Notes: generated by a model not told the origin, from the letters alone. A stretch of DNA of 64,000 bases from an uncultured Bacillota bacterium (GCA_949293555.1 CASFDV010000002.1:106210-170209); one strand, 5' to 3'; shown: positions 43,748 through 54,596, counted from the first letter of the stretch. A program made the numbers and translations.

Positions 43748-45485
43748 AAGAGACGAAGACATTCATGCGAGCTTCGCGGAGGGCGCGAAGAGGAAGGCCC
43801 CGGAGAGAGTTCTTCTTTCTCAGGAAGTCGATGAAGGATTGAGGGCAAGGCTGGAGGGCCGTCGTTTCTTCATCCGGACGTTCGGATGCCAGGCGAACAT
43901 TCGGGACGAAGAGGTGATGGCAGGGCTTCTTTCGCGCATAGGAATGAGGCAGGCGGATAGCCCAGGGGATGCCGATCTCGCCGTCATTAACACATGCGCC
44001 GTCCGGGAGAATGCCGTCGACAAGGTTTACGGAGAAATCGGTGAATTCAAGGCGGTTTGGCAAAGAAAACGGGATTTCATTCTTATTCTTTCTGGTTGCG
44101 CCATGGAAGAGGAGGGCCTGGCGGAGAAACTCATGGGGACCTATCCATGGGTGCGTCTTGCGATTGGCACTCACGAAGTTCCCTTTCTTCTCGACCACTT
44201 GAGGGACGCCCTCTCGCTTGGACGGCAGCTCGTCCGCGTGCGTTCCTCCTCGGGAGATGTCGTCGAGGACCTTCCCTCGCTACGAAGCAACGAGTATTCG
44301 GCGTTCGTGAACATCTCCTACGGGTGCGACAAGTTCTGCACCTACTGCATCGTGCCCTACACCAGGGGAAGGGAACGCTCCCGTAGGAAAGGGGATATCC
44401 TCGCGGAGTGCAGGAGGCTGGTCGAGGACGGGTTCCAAGAGATCGTCCTCCTCGGTCAGAACGTCAATTCCTATGGGCTGGACCTAGGGGAGGAAGACGC
44501 CTTCCCGGAGCTTCTTTCCGCCGTGGCCGATCTCGGGATTCCGCGTCTTCGCTTCATCACCTCGTACCCCAGCCAGTTCACGGACCGAATGATTGAGGCG
44601 ATGGCCTCTCATCCGAACATCCTCCCATGGCTTCACTTCCCCGTCCAATCGGGCTCGGACAGGGTGCTCAGGAAGATGGGGAGGCGCTACGGAAGGGACG
44701 AATACCTTGCCCTTGTCCGGCGCCTTTACGAGAAGATCCCTGGCCTCGCCATCACCACCGACATCATCGTCGGCTTCCCCGACGAGACGGAAGAGGACTT
44801 CCAGGAAACTCTTTCCCTTTGCCGGGAGGCACGCTTCTCAAGCGCCTTCACCTTCATCTATTCCCCGCGCCCCGGGACCCCTGCCGCGAAGATGGGGCAG
44901 GTGCCCGACGAGGTCTCGCACGACCGCTTCAACAGGCTCAAGTCCTTGATCGACGAGCTGACCGCCGCCCATTCGGAAGGGATGGTGGGGAAGACCTTCC
45001 CGATACTGGTGGACGGCCCATCCAAAAAGAGGGAGGACATCCTTTCGGGCTACGCGCCGAACGGGAAGCTGGTGAACTTCCCGGGGCCTTCCTATCTCAA
45101 AGGGACCATCGTGCAGGTGAAGATACTGGAAAGCCACGTCTATAGCCTCCTCGGCGAGCTGGCGGAGGACCCTGTCCTCGCCTTGGCCAAGGAGCTTGCG
45201 CGCCTCCTCCGCCTTGACCCTGCCCTAGGGGAGTACCGTCTTCTTCTGGACGCCATCCGGAACGACGGGAGGCTTCAGGAAGCGATGTCCTCTCTTCCAA
45301 GGCTCAAGAAGGATCTCGCGCTTTCCATGGGCGAGGAGTCCAGGCACGCGGAAGCCCTGAAGCGCTATAGGAACGCAAGCGACATCGTGGAGGGCTCGCT
45401 CCTCCTGAAGAACGCGGAAGCCCTTTCCGACCGGGTCGAAACGGAGCTTGCCCTCATCGCGAACGTCCTGGGGGGCGAGGGATGA
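43740..45485 (+). CDS. miaB: MiaB-like radical-SAM tRNA methylthiotransferase with N- and C-terminal extensions (581 aa)
   Basis: MTTase N-domain (FFIRTFGCQANIRDEE), radical SAM CxxxCxxC (CDKFCTYCIVPY), TRAM domain; about 35-aa N-terminal and about 100-aa C-terminal extra sequence. Confidence 0.8.
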   Translation: MAERDEDIHASFAEGAKRKAPERVLLSQEVDEGLRARLEGRRFFIRTFGCQANIRDEEVMAGLLSRIGMRQADSPGDADLAVINTCAVRENAVDKVYGEIGEFKAVWQRKRDFILILSGCAMEEEGLAEKLMGTYPWVRLAIGTHEVPFLLDHLRDALSLGRQLVRVRSSSGDVVEDLPSLRSNEYSAFVNISYGCDKFCTYCIVPYTRGRERSRRKGDILAECRRLVEDGFQEIVLLGQNVNSYGLDLGEEDAFPELLSAVADLGIPRLRFITSYPSQFTDRMIEAMASHPNILPWLHFPVQSGSDRVLRKMGRRYGRDEYLALVRRLYEKIPGLAITTDIIVGFPDETEEDFQETLSLCREARFSSAFTFIYSPRPGTPAAKMGQVPDEVSHDRFNRLKSLIDELTAAHSEGMVGKTFPILVDGPSKKREDILSGYAPNGKLVNFPGPSYLKGTIVQVKILESHVYSLLGELAEDPVLALAKELARLLRLDPALGEYRLLLDAIRNDGRLQEAMSSLPRLKKDLALSMGEESRHAEALKRYRNASDIVEGSLLLKNAEALSDRVETELALIANVLGGEG

Positions 45486-46324
45486 TCGCCGCCTTCCTTG
45501 GTCCTACTGCTTCGGGGAAAAGCGAAGCCGCGGTTTCCTTCGCCTTGGAGAACAACGGGGAAGTGATCAACTGCGACGCCCTCCAGGTGTATCGCGGGAC
45601 GGAACTCCTTACATGCGCCCCGCGGGAGGAGGAAAGGAAAGGCGTTCCTCACCACTTATATTGTTTCCTCGGGGTTGACCAACCTTTCGACGTCAGGACG
45701 TACCAGTCCTTGGCCAGGGAACGGGCGAGCGAGATTTTGTCCCGAGGGAAGACGCCTGTCTTCGTTGGAGGGACCGGCCTTTACCTGAAGGCTGCCCTAT
45801 TTGACTACCGTTTCGAAGAGGAGCCGGAGGTTGACCTTTCTCAGTTTGAGAGGCTTGGGAACGAAGAGCTTCATCGCAAGCTGGAGGAGGTGGATCCTTT
45901 AGAAGCGGCGTCCGTCCATCCGAACAACCGGAGGAGAGTTCTCAGGGCCCTTGCGATTTACCTTGCCAGAGGCAGGCCGAAGAGCAAACAGTACCAAGGC
46001 AAGGACATCCCTATGTTCGAAGGCATTCGGCTTTATGGGCTGGGCTTGGATCGTGTTTGGGTTTATTCCAACATTGATGCCAGAACTAAAAGGATTTTCC
46101 AAGATGATCGGTTGATAACCGAGATCTTCCCATTGCTTCGCTCCCATGGGGACGAGGAGCCCGGGATGAAGGCCATCGGCATTTCGGAGTGCCGTCTTCT
46201 GATGGAGGGCGGGATCGACAAGGAAGAGGCGATCGCGCGCGTCATTCATAAGACCAGGCAGTATGCGAAAAGGCAGCTGACGTTCTTCCGCCGTCAATTC
46301 AAGGAGGTCGCATGGATTCGCTAA
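45482..46324 (+). CDS. miaA: tRNA dimethylallyltransferase MiaA
   Basis: P-loop GPTASGKS, 280 aa; overlaps miaB end (ATGA). Confidence 0.9.
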   Translation: MIAAFLGPTASGKSEAAVSFALENNGEVINCDALQVYRGTELLTCAPREEERKGVPHHLYCFLGVDQPFDVRTYQSLARERASEILSRGKTPVFVGGTGLYLKAALFDYRFEEEPEVDLSQFERLGNEELHRKLEEVDPLEAASVHPNNRRRVLRALAIYLARGRPKSKQYQGKDIPMFEGIRLYGLGLDRVWVYSNIDARTKRIFQDDRLITEIFPLLRSHGDEEPGMKAIGISECRLLMEGGIDKEEAIARVIHKTRQYAKRQLTFFRRQFKEVAWIR

Positions 46325-47010
46325 GAGGCATCGACAATCGGACGGAGGCGCTCCTCGGGAAAGAGGCGCTGGACCTTCTACGGTCCAAAAAAGTCGCCGT
46401 CTTCGGGATCGGAGGAGTCGGCGGCATTCTTTTCGAAGCGCTCGTCCGCACCGGGGTCGGGGAAATCCATGTCTACGACTGCGACACGGTGGAGGAGTCG
46501 AACCTGAACCGCCAGATCCTCTTCCTCGGGAACGACATCGGGCGCAGGAAGGTCGACGTCGCCCTGGAGAGGGCCTCCTTGATCCGAAAGGACGTGCACG
46601 TGGTTCCGCATTTCCTGCGAGTCGGGACTGAGACGGAGGGGAGCGTCTCCGAAGAAGGTTTCGATCTCATTCTTGACGCTATAGACGATGTCGAAGGGAA
46701 GCTTTCGCTCATGGAGGCCGGAGAGAAGACGTCGACCACGGTCATCTCCTGCCTTGGCACCGCCAGAAGGCTCGACCCCCGGCTTCTCCGCCTCGCCCCT
46801 CTTTCCAAGACGGCAGGGGATCCCCTGGCCAAGAAGGTCAGGCACCTTGCCAGGGAGCGCTCCCTCGACCTTTCCCGCGTCCTTTGCGTCTATAGCGAGG
46901 AACCAGCCATGGATACAGGCGCTTCCCTTGGCTCATCTGTCGCCGTTCCTGGTTCGGCCGGGCTTCTCATGGCCTCCGCGGCCTTGAAGGCGCTTTTGGG
47001 TCTATACTGA
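46312..47010 (+). CDS. tcdA: ThiF/MoeB-family tRNA threonylcarbamoyladenosine dehydratase (TcdA/CsdL-like)
   Basis: VAVFGIGGVGG…DCDTVEESNLNRQ E1-like Rossmann motif, 232 aa. Confidence 0.75.
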   Translation: MDSLRGIDNRTEALLGKEALDLLRSKKVAVFGIGGVGGILFEALVRTGVGEIHVYDCDTVEESNLNRQILFLGNDIGRRKVDVALERASLIRKDVHVVPHFLRVGTETEGSVSEEGFDLILDAIDDVEGKLSLMEAGEKTSTTVISCLGTARRLDPRLLRLAPLSKTAGDPLAKKVRHLARERSLDLSRVLCVYSEEPAMDTGASLGSSVAVPGSAGLLMASAALKALLGLY

Positions 47011-47013
47011 GCC

Positions 47014-48612
47014 ATGCGCATTTTGCCGATTGATGAAATCGCCGGAAAGCTAGGGCTGGGCCCTTCCGACTTCGTCCCCTATACGAGGGAGATGGCGAAG
47101 CTATCCTTTGGCTTCGTCCGCGATCATGCCGACGGGGAAGGGAAGGTCGTCCTCGTCACGGCGATGACCCCCACGAAGTACGGCGAAGGGAAGACTCTCA
47201 CTTCGATCGCCCTCCAGGAAGCGATGTGGTCTTTGGGGATCCGTTCCCTCCTCGCCTTGCGGGAACCGGCGATCGGCCCGGTATTCGGAATCAAGGGTGG
47301 CGCGACTGGATCTGGGAAGGCCACCATCGAGCCGAGCCAAAGGATCAACCTCCATTTCACAGGGGACATCCACGCCCTTACGGCGGCCAACAACTTGATC
47401 TCTGCGGTCATCGACAATTCCATCTTCCAGGGGAATCCCCTTGGAATCGATCCGGAGAACGTGCTTTGGAAAAGGGCGCTGGACATGAACGACAGGGCCC
47501 TCCGGAACATCGAAATTGCAAGAGGCGGGAAGATCGGCGTTCCCAGGCGCGAGGAGTTCGTGATCACGGTCGCCTCGGAACTGATGGCGATCCTCTGCCT
47601 TTCCCTTGGAAGGGAAGACTTCTACCAGAGGCTCGGGGACATCGCTGTTGCCAAAGGGGTGGACGGGAGGACGATCTATCTCAGGGAACTCAGGATCCGC
47701 CATGCGCTGATGGATCTTCTCGACGATGCCTTGCTGCCGAACCTGGTCCAGACCCAGGACGGCGCCCCCGTCCTTGTCCATGGCGGGCCTTTCGCGAACA
47801 TCGCCCATGGGGCGAATTCCATCATCGCGACGAGGCTGGCCCGCTCGCTTGCGCCCCTTGTCATCACTGAGGCCGGATTCGGGGCGGACCTTGGCGCGGA
47901 GAAGTTCCTTGACATCGTCTGCCCGACCGCAGGAATCTCCCCCTCATGCGTGGTTCTCGTCGCCACATTGAAGGCCCTCAAGCTTCATGGGGGAGTGCCT
48001 GATGCCAGTCTTGGGGAAGAGGACCCACAGGCGGTCAGAAGAGGAATCGCGAACGTGGAAAGGCACTACGAGAACCTTCGTTCGTTCGGCGTGCCTGTCG
48101 TGCTTTCGCTGAATCGCTTCGACCAAGACCATCCAAGCGAGATCAAGGAGTTCTCCTCCTGGGCTGAAATAAAAGGGGTCCCCTTCGTTTTGACGGAGGG
48201 GTATCAGAAGGGGGCCGAGGGGGCGCAGGCTCTTGCAAGGGCGGTCCTTGCCTTGGCGGACGCTCCTGCGCATTACCATCCCCTATATCAGCAGAATGAG
48301 CCTTTATTTGCAAAAATAGAACGAATTTGCACGGATATCTATCGGTGTAAAGTCTCCTATTCCGATCAAGCTAGAAAAGACATCCAGGAATATGAAGAAA
48401 CCCATGGGGACTATTTCGTCTGCATGGCGAAGACTCCGAACAGCTTTACCGATGACCCCAAGAAGAAGGGAGCGCCTATCGGCGAGACCGTGCATGTGAG
48501 GGACGTTCGACTATATGAAGGGGCGCGCTTCCTTGTTCCGCTCCTTGGGAACATCATGACGATGCCGGGGCTTCCGAAAGTGCCTGCTGCCGTGATGATG
48601 GGGGATGAATGA
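47014..48612 (+). CDS. fhs: Formate--tetrahydrofolate ligase
   Basis: …TPTKYGEGKTLTSIAL… P-loop-like FTHFS motif, 532 aa. Confidence 0.85.
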   Translation: MRILPIDEIAGKLGLGPSDFVPYTREMAKLSFGFVRDHADGEGKVVLVTAMTPTKYGEGKTLTSIALQEAMWSLGIRSLLALREPAIGPVFGIKGGATGSGKATIEPSQRINLHFTGDIHALTAANNLISAVIDNSIFQGNPLGIDPENVLWKRALDMNDRALRNIEIARGGKIGVPRREEFVITVASELMAILCLSLGREDFYQRLGDIAVAKGVDGRTIYLRELRIRHALMDLLDDALLPNLVQTQDGAPVLVHGGPFANIAHGANSIIATRLARSLAPLVITEAGFGADLGAEKFLDIVCPTAGISPSCVVLVATLKALKLHGGVPDASLGEEDPQAVRRGIANVERHYENLRSFGVPVVLSLNRFDQDHPSEIKEFSSWAEIKGVPFVLTEGYQKGAEGAQALARAVLALADAPAHYHPLYQQNEPLFAKIERICTDIYRCKVSYSDQARKDIQEYEETHGDYFVCMAKTPNSFTDDPKKKGAPIGETVHVRDVRLYEGARFLVPLLGNIMTMPGLPKVPAAVMMGDE

Positions 48613-48836
48613 TGTTCACCGCCTACTCCCTTTACGACATCGTCGAGATGAAGAAGCCCCACCCCTGCAAAGGACGGACCAAGCGTTTTCAGATCGTCAT
48701 GGTGGGCGCGGACATCAAGATCCGTTGCCTTGGATGCGGGAACCTCATCCTCATGTCCCGGGCGGATTTCAACGAGCGTGTCCGCCGCGTCATCGAGTCG
48801 CCCGGGAAACTGATGCCCCCGCCCGGGGCAAATTGA
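48609..48836 (+). CDS. DUF951 family small protein
   Basis: …YDIVEMKKPHPCKGRTKRFQIVMVGADIKIRCLGCGNLILMSR… matches DUF951 (CxxC zinc-ribbon-like pair). Confidence 0.7.
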   Translation: MMFTAYSLYDIVEMKKPHPCKGRTKRFQIVMVGADIKIRCLGCGNLILMSRADFNERVRRVIESPGKLMPPPGAN

Positions 48837-48871
48837 AAGAACCCATCCCTATAACCCTTTTGGAGGGCTAG

Positions 48872-50899
48872 GTGAGGGCGGAAGGAATTACCTTAAGGTT
48901 CGGCGATCGGGCTTTGTTCGAAGATTTATCGATCGATTTCGGAGACCGGGGCATTTTCGCGATACTCGGAAGAAGCGGGTGTGGGAAAAGCACCTTGCTT
49001 TCCATTCTATCGGGCAATCTGAAGCCTGAGTCTGGACGGGTGTTCCTTGGCGAGACTGACTTGCTTGCTCTTCCAAGGGAGAAGGTTGATGAAATGCGTA
49101 GGAAGTCCTTTTCCTTCCTTTACCAAAGCCATAACCTCCTGGAGGATTTGACCGTCTACGAGAACTGCGCGGTCTCCCTTCGCATCCAAGGGGTGCCTGA
49201 GGGTTTGCTCAGGGAGCGGATCCAACCTTTGCTGGAACGGCTGGAACTTCAGGGCCTTGAGGACAAGAAGGCGGGTCTTTTGTCAGGAGGCGAGAAGGCG
49301 CGGGTCGCCTTGGCCAGGGCGCTCGCCCGCAGGCCAGAGGTCCTATTCTCCGACGAGCCGACAGGTTCCTTGGATAAGGAAACTGGCCGGCGGGTGATGG
49401 AGATGCTCAAGGAGGAATCCAGGAGATGCCTCGTCATCCTCGTTACTCATGACAAGTCGTTCGCCAAGGAGTTCGCCGATGTCATCTTCCCTTTGGATGG
49501 AGGGGCGATGGAAGGGAAGAAGGTCTCCCACGGAAGGGGGCAAGGGCAAGAGGGCATGAATCCGGGAGGAAAACCCTGGCTCCTTCCGCTCCTCAGGGGA
49601 GAAAGGGTTCTCGGGAAGGAGACCGCGGTAATCTTCTTCGCCTCCCTCGTGAGCTACCTCTCGCTTACCCTCGCCTTGTCCTTCCACGATTCCTCGCAAA
49701 GGATCTTTGAGGTCGAGAGCAGGAACACGATCACTTATTCGCTTGGATCGTTGACCGAGGAACGGATGGTTTCCTTGCCGGAGAGCCCGCTGTCGCTTGT
49801 TCAGAGCCAGCGCCCGCCAAGGAAGGAAGCCGAGCGCTACGTCGGCCAAGGCATCGAGGTCCTTCCGGACCTTTCCTACTTCCTTCCGGAAGGGAGCGGA
49901 TTCAAGGTGAACGGGTTTCCCAAAGAAGGCGCCTCGTTCCTTCCTGTCGGGGACCTTAGCCTCAAGGACGGGTTCCTGCCCCTTCTCAAGGAAGGCCAAG
50001 CGCCGGAGAAGGAAACTTTTGATTATTTGCTTGTGAACGAGGATATGGCCGACATCCTGCCTGGGGATCCTTTGAAGGCCGAGATCGAAGTCAGCATCTC
50101 CTTTGAGCTGGAATGGGAGGGAGCGGTCGACAAGGTGGAAAAGACCCATGCCTTCCGCGTCGCAGGAATCGTCCAGGAGTTCCCTTTCCTAGGAACGCCC
50201 CGTTGCTATTACAGCCATAAGGCGCTCGCCTCTTTTCTAGAAGGCATCCGTCTCCCGAACATAAGCGAAGCCCGGGGAGAGGCGGTTACGCCGATGACCC
50301 TTCTCGAGGTGCTGCCCAAGGATTCCCCCTACCATTCCTATTGCTGGCTGCTTTATGCCGCAGGGGAGCAGAACCGAAGGAAGCTGGAGTCGCTTTGCCA
50401 GGCGGAAGGCGAGTACTCCGTCTCCTCGGAATCCCAGGAGATGAGGGAGGGGTTCCTTAGCCTGTCGGAATCCTTCGTCGCCCTGTCCTGGCCATTTCTT
50501 CTTGCGGAAGCGGTCGCAACTTCGTTCATCGTGGCCTCCCTTCTCCTCGCGGCCTTTCTCCGGAGGAAGAAGGAAGCCGCCATCCTCCGAGGGGAAGGGG
50601 CCTCTTCAAGATCGCTCCTCATCCTTTATGGCGCCCCAGGAGTTCTCGCTTCCTTCCTGGCAGGTTTAGCCACAATCCTTCTTTCAGTTCCTTTTGGATC
50701 AGTTATATCCGCAATTCTTGAGCCAAGTCTCGGAATTTCGAATCTTGTGAAAGTACCGCTCCTTAGTTTCGGAGGAATCCCGCTCCTCCTTCCTTCCCTT
50801 CTCGTTCTCGTTTCCGTCCTCATCCCTTCCTTAGGGGCGTTCCTGCCCCTGAAGGCCAGCCTTTCCTCCGATTTGAGCGAGGAGCTTCGCGAAGAATGA
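48872..50899 (+). CDS. MacB-like fused ABC transporter (N-terminal ATPase + FtsX permease with about 300-aa extracytoplasmic domain)
   Basis: GTG start; Walker [32 protein letters not shown]; then TM1, extracellular domain, three C-terminal TMs of FtsX type. Confidence 0.8.
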   Translation: MRAEGITLRFGDRALFEDLSIDFGDRGIFAILGRSGCGKSTLLSILSGNLKPESGRVFLGETDLLALPREKVDEMRRKSFSFLYQSHNLLEDLTVYENCAVSLRIQGVPEGLLRERIQPLLERLELQGLEDKKAGLLSGGEKARVALARALARRPEVLFSDEPTGSLDKETGRRVMEMLKEESRRCLVILVTHDKSFAKEFADVIFPLDGGAMEGKKVSHGRGQGQEGMNPGGKPWLLPLLRGERVLGKETAVIFFASLVSYLSLTLALSFHDSSQRIFEVESRNTITYSLGSLTEERMVSLPESPLSLVQSQRPPRKEAERYVGQGIEVLPDLSYFLPEGSGFKVNGFPKEGASFLPVGDLSLKDGFLPLLKEGQAPEKETFDYLLVNEDMADILPGDPLKAEIEVSISFELEWEGAVDKVEKTHAFRVAGIVQEFPFLGTPRCYYSHKALASFLEGIRLPNISEARGEAVTPMTLLEVLPKDSPYHSYCWLLYAAGEQNRRKLESLCQAEGEYSVSSESQEMREGFLSLSESFVALSWPFLLAEAVATSFIVASLLLAAFLRRKKEAAILRGEGASSRSLLILYGAPGVLASFLAGLATILLSVPFGSVISAILEPSLGISNLVKVPLLSFGGIPLLLPSLLVLVSVLIPSLGAFLPLKASLSSDLSEELREE

Positions 50900-53655
50900 A
50901 CGGGGTTGAAATAGTCGGGCTAAGGAAGGACTTTCCTGGGAGGGCGATCTTCCGAGAAGCAAGCCTGGTCCTTCCGGAAAAGGGGCTCGTCGTCCTTCTG
51001 GGGAAGTCCGGGACCGGAAAGAGCACCCTGCTCTCCATGGTGGCGATGCTCGATTGCCATTATGGCGGCACCATCCGCGTGCTTGGCGCCGATCCGCAGG
51101 CGATGGGTGAGAAGGAGCGTGGCGACTTCCGGCTCCGGAACATCGGCATGATCCGCCAGGAAAACGACACCCTGGATCTCGAGGATTCCTTGACGAATGC
51201 GCTCTTTCCCTCGTTCGGTTCCCGTGCGGAAAGGAAGAAGGTCTTGCGCCGGGCGAAAGATCTCCTGAGGGCGGTGGGACTTGAGGGGAAGGAACAGCAA
51301 CGGGCGAACACCTTGTCCGGCGGGGAACGAGCGAGGCTCTCCTTGGCAAGAGCCCTTGTCAACGATCAGCGGATCGTCCTGGCGGACGAACCGACCGGCG
51401 CCTTGGACGAAAAGGCAGGGGAGGAAGTGTTCTCTCTCCTTTCTTCCGTCGCCAAGGACAGGCTCGTCCTCCTCGTCACCCACGACGAATGGCTCGCCAG
51501 ACGCCATGGGCAGATGATCCTTCGCCTCGAGGAGTGCAAATTGCTCGTCGAGGAAACGGGAATTCCCCCGGGCGAGACGCTCCTGGTCGCGGACGGGCAA
51601 AGAGGGTGGCGGCGCCCCCTCCCTTCGATGAACCTCCTTGCGCATGGGTTCCATGTCGCCCGTGAGAAGAAATGGCGGACGCTTCTTTTCACGACGCTGA
51701 TGTCTTTGTCGCTCCTTCTTCTTGGTACTTCCCTGTTCCTATCGCGCGAGTTGGAAAGGACGGTAGGCTCCTCTCTTTCCGGCCTTGCGGGGGATAGGGA
51801 AGTGGTCCTCATGGATAAAGGCGCTTCGCCAAGCCTTGGGCCCGCCTCGGACGGGGAAGTGGAATCCCTTTTATATAAGCTCAGGGGAGCTGCCGACGAT
51901 TCCGGGGTCGGCTACCCGATCGACTTCGCCTCCTTCTTCCCGGACGAGTTGACCGCAAGCCTCCCCCTGGGCGAGCTCAAGGAGCATGTGTTCCCGAATC
52001 TCGACGTTTCCTCCGTGGATGAGTACCGCTGGCTGGAGGATTTCGAATCCCAATCCTTCCATCCCGCCATCCCGGAGGTGATGGAGATGGAGCACGTGGT
52101 CCTCGCCCTTCCTTTCCCGATGATGAGCTCCCTATGCAGCGCGCTTTCCATCGAGAGGAGCTATCGCTCCCTTGGCCACTACCTCGAGACAGAAGGGATG
52201 GAAATCTATCTGAGGATGAGGAACGACTCGTGGGCCTACCATGACGAGCAGCTCCTTGTCGTCCGGGCGGTGATGGAGACGGAAGGCGATCCCTTCTTCC
52301 TCCATAGCGATCATCGTTGGAACGAATGGATGTACGAGTTCAAGATGCGGCTCCCCCTCAGGGAATCTCCGGAGGAAGAGGAGCCATGGCTCTTGGAGAA
52401 GGTGCCCTACCTCCACCTCCAAGTGACGGAAGAGGAAGCCGTCAGCACGCTCCGCGGGCTGGGCCTTGAGGAAGATTTCCTCCTTGTGCCGCCTAACGCG
52501 GAAACTGGGGATGCGGATATCGACTTCGGCGCTGGACGGCTTTACGCCTTCTCGAAGGATGGCGGACCTTCTTATGAGAATGTTCTTGAAGCCGCCTCGA
52601 GGATCGAGGGTATCTCAGGCCACAGATTCTTGAGCGGAGGCTATTCCGCGTTTCCTTCCTCCTATGCAGAGGGATTCCTGAAGCCCTTCTTCCTTGCAGG
52701 CACGGAAGAGGCCGCGGATCTCATCGAGGATTCCGCCTCGAAGGTGGAAGGACTTGAAGACCCTCTTTTGCTTTCTCTCCCTGATCGGTCAGCCTCTGGC
52801 TCCTACCTCCTTCCTGCAGGGAAAGGCATCAGGATCTCCGCAAATCTTGATGGAATAGTTGGGGAAAGGCCTTCCTCAATCGAAGAGGTGGCATTAGGGG
52901 AAGCCCTTTGGAATCAACTGGGAAGACCTAACGCGATCATCGCGCTGAGTCCTTCCGCCGTGCGAGAGGAAGGGGATGGATACCGCTACGAGTACCGGAG
53001 GATTCCTCTTTACGTGAGCGGGCATATCCCCGGGGGAGGCATGACGATCCACCAGGGCCCCCATTGGGCGGAAGATTTCTTCCTGCTCCTAGGAAGAAGC
53101 TCGATAGAGGAATCGCTTCCCGAAGGAATCGCGTTTTCCGTCGACGAAGAGTGGCCTCTTCAGCCTTTCGTGGACTACTTCGCGGGGAACTTCCCGGAGT
53201 TCTCTGTCGCCTCGCCTGCCTTGGCGATCAGCGAGAGCCTTGCCGAGATGGAATGCTATCTTTCCCTCATGCTCCTGGCGCTTACCATCGGGTCGGTCGC
53301 GCTTTCCTGCTTCCTCCTGTTCACCGTGTCGCGGCTTTTCGCAGAAGAAGGAAGGCGCGAGGGAAGGATGCTCCACTACCTTGGATTCTCTAGGGAAGAG
53401 GTCGCGAGGAACGAAAGCGCGCCGCTCCTCATCCTCCTTTCCTTCTCCGCCCTGAGCTCGACTCTCGGAATCCTGGGGATGGAGTGGCTGATCCATGGCT
53501 ATATGGCGGAATCCATCGGGGGAGGGGCGTTCTTTTCCATCGATCCCTTCCCATTGTTCATCCCGCTCCTTGCCGCCTTCCTTGCCTACCTCGTTTCCTA
53601 CTTCATTGGGCTTCGCCAGAGCTATCGCCGGGACTTTTTGAAAGAAGGACGATGA
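50896..53655 (+). CDS. MacB-like fused ABC transporter paralogue (ATPase + FtsX permease with about 600-aa extracytoplasmic domain)
   Basis: Walker [32 protein letters not shown]; TM1 ([20 protein letters not shown]), very large extracellular region, FtsX TM block; ATGA-coupled to the upstream paralogue. Confidence 0.8.
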   Translation: MNGVEIVGLRKDFPGRAIFREASLVLPEKGLVVLLGKSGTGKSTLLSMVAMLDCHYGGTIRVLGADPQAMGEKERGDFRLRNIGMIRQENDTLDLEDSLTNALFPSFGSRAERKKVLRRAKDLLRAVGLEGKEQQRANTLSGGERARLSLARALVNDQRIVLADEPTGALDEKAGEEVFSLLSSVAKDRLVLLVTHDEWLARRHGQMILRLEECKLLVEETGIPPGETLLVADGQRGWRRPLPSMNLLAHGFHVAREKKWRTLLFTTLMSLSLLLLGTSLFLSRELERTVGSSLSGLAGDREVVLMDKGASPSLGPASDGEVESLLYKLRGAADDSGVGYPIDFASFFPDELTASLPLGELKEHVFPNLDVSSVDEYRWLEDFESQSFHPAIPEVMEMEHVVLALPFPMMSSLCSALSIERSYRSLGHYLETEGMEIYLRMRNDSWAYHDEQLLVVRAVMETEGDPFFLHSDHRWNEWMYEFKMRLPLRESPEEEEPWLLEKVPYLHLQVTEEEAVSTLRGLGLEEDFLLVPPNAETGDADIDFGAGRLYAFSKDGGPSYENVLEAASRIEGISGHRFLSGGYSAFPSSYAEGFLKPFFLAGTEEAADLIEDSASKVEGLEDPLLLSLPDRSASGSYLLPAGKGIRISANLDGIVGERPSSIEEVALGEALWNQLGRPNAIIALSPSAVREEGDGYRYEYRRIPLYVSGHIPGGGMTIHQGPHWAEDFFLLLGRSSIEESLPEGIAFSVDEEWPLQPFVDYFAGNFPEFSVASPALAISESLAEMECYLSLMLLALTIGSVALSCFLLFTVSRLFAEEGRREGRMLHYLGFSREEVARNESAPLLILLSFSALSSTLGILGMEWLIHGYMAESIGGGAFFSIDPFPLFIPLLAAFLAYLVSYFIGLRQSYRRDFLKEGR

Positions 53656-53735
53656 ATGTTGCACACATCCTCTTTGCCAAGCGTATATTTTCCGTCGGGC
53701 CGACTCGTTTGCAGCGGCTTGGAAAGGATGGTTCG

Positions 53736-53933
53736 ATGAAAGGCACCGTCAAGATGTTCAACCAGGAGAAAGGCTTCGGCTTCATCACTGGCGAGGACGG
53801 GAAGGATTACTTCTTCCACTACAGCGCGATCGCCATGGATTCCTACAAGACCGCTGAAAAGGGCGAGTCCGTGGAGTTCGAGGCGACCGAGGGCGCCCGC
53901 GGTCTCCGCGCTGAGCACGTCCAGAAGCTCTAA
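53736..53933 (+). CDS. Cold-shock protein (CspA family)
   Basis: [17 protein letters not shown]…DYFFHYSAI… RNP1/RNP2 motifs; start refined to ATG 53736 after AAAGGA. Confidence 0.95.
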   Translation: MKGTVKMFNQEKGFGFITGEDGKDYFFHYSAIAMDSYKTAEKGESVEFEATEGARGLRAEHVQKL

Positions 53934-53952
53934 GCAAGGGTTTCTGCGCGAA

Positions 53953-53978
53953 AGGCTCTCCGTCAGGGAGCCTTTTTC
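53953..53978 (+). terminator. Rho-independent terminator after csp
   Basis: AGGCTCTC-(loop)-GGGAGCCT stem followed by TTTTT. Confidence 0.55.
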
Positions 53979-54002
53979 TTGTCGCCCTTGTAGAATTGAG
54001 GC

Positions 54003-54584
54003 ATGTCGTTCGCGAAGAGCAAGGGAGGCGTCGTCGCCGCGTCCATCACCGTATGGATCCTGGAGGTCACGTTGCCTCTTCTCGCTATCCTCGTCCCCTT
54101 CGTCCTGCTTCTTCCGAAGGACCCGCCCCTGGAGAACACTCCTTCCTTCACCCTTGGGACGTACCGTCTCGACGCGGAGGATGGAAGAGGCCACTACGGG
54201 TTCCTGAGGCTGAAGGACTATGACCCTGCCGAAGCCGGGGAATCCTTCCGCGACTACGGCAGGGGCGAGGAAAGCCAGGACGGCGGTTTCATCACCGTGG
54301 AGATGGCCCTTTATGACGAGGAGAGCGCGCTTCAGGACATCCTCCTCCGTCCGGCAGGGTACCATTACGAGGCGGCGGGAACGCAGTTCGTCGGGATCAC
54401 CTACGATTTCTATGCACGCATCGGGTCGACGTGGGGAAAGTCGGTGTTCCTCCTGCTCGAGGGATCCGTGGAGTACCCGGACTTCCATGTCCTCTTGAGC
54501 GGGACCCAGTTCCTCAAGGAAGTCGTCGCGAACCCCGTCTATGTGGGAGGCCAGGATTTCCCGTTCGAGGAAATAGGCTCATAA
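54003..54584 (+). CDS. Hypothetical membrane-anchored protein (N-terminal TM)
   Basis: 193 aa; single N-terminal TM (VVAASITVWILEVTLPLLAILVPFVLLL); plus strand chosen over R-rich antisense ORF 53622..54488. Confidence 0.45.
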   Translation: MSFAKSKGGVVAASITVWILEVTLPLLAILVPFVLLLPKDPPLENTPSFTLGTYRLDAEDGRGHYGFLRLKDYDPAEAGESFRDYGRGEESQDGGFITVEMALYDEESALQDILLRPAGYHYEAAGTQFVGITYDFYARIGSTWGKSVFLLLEGSVEYPDFHVLLSGTQFLKEVVANPVYVGGQDFPFEEIGS

Positions 54585-54596
54585 GGAGAGATAGCT

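Noticed and set aside
53622-54488. 288-aa minus-strand ORF opposite csp and the 193-aa membrane ORF
   Set aside because: Arginine-rich, no domain, runs antisense through csp and its terminator.
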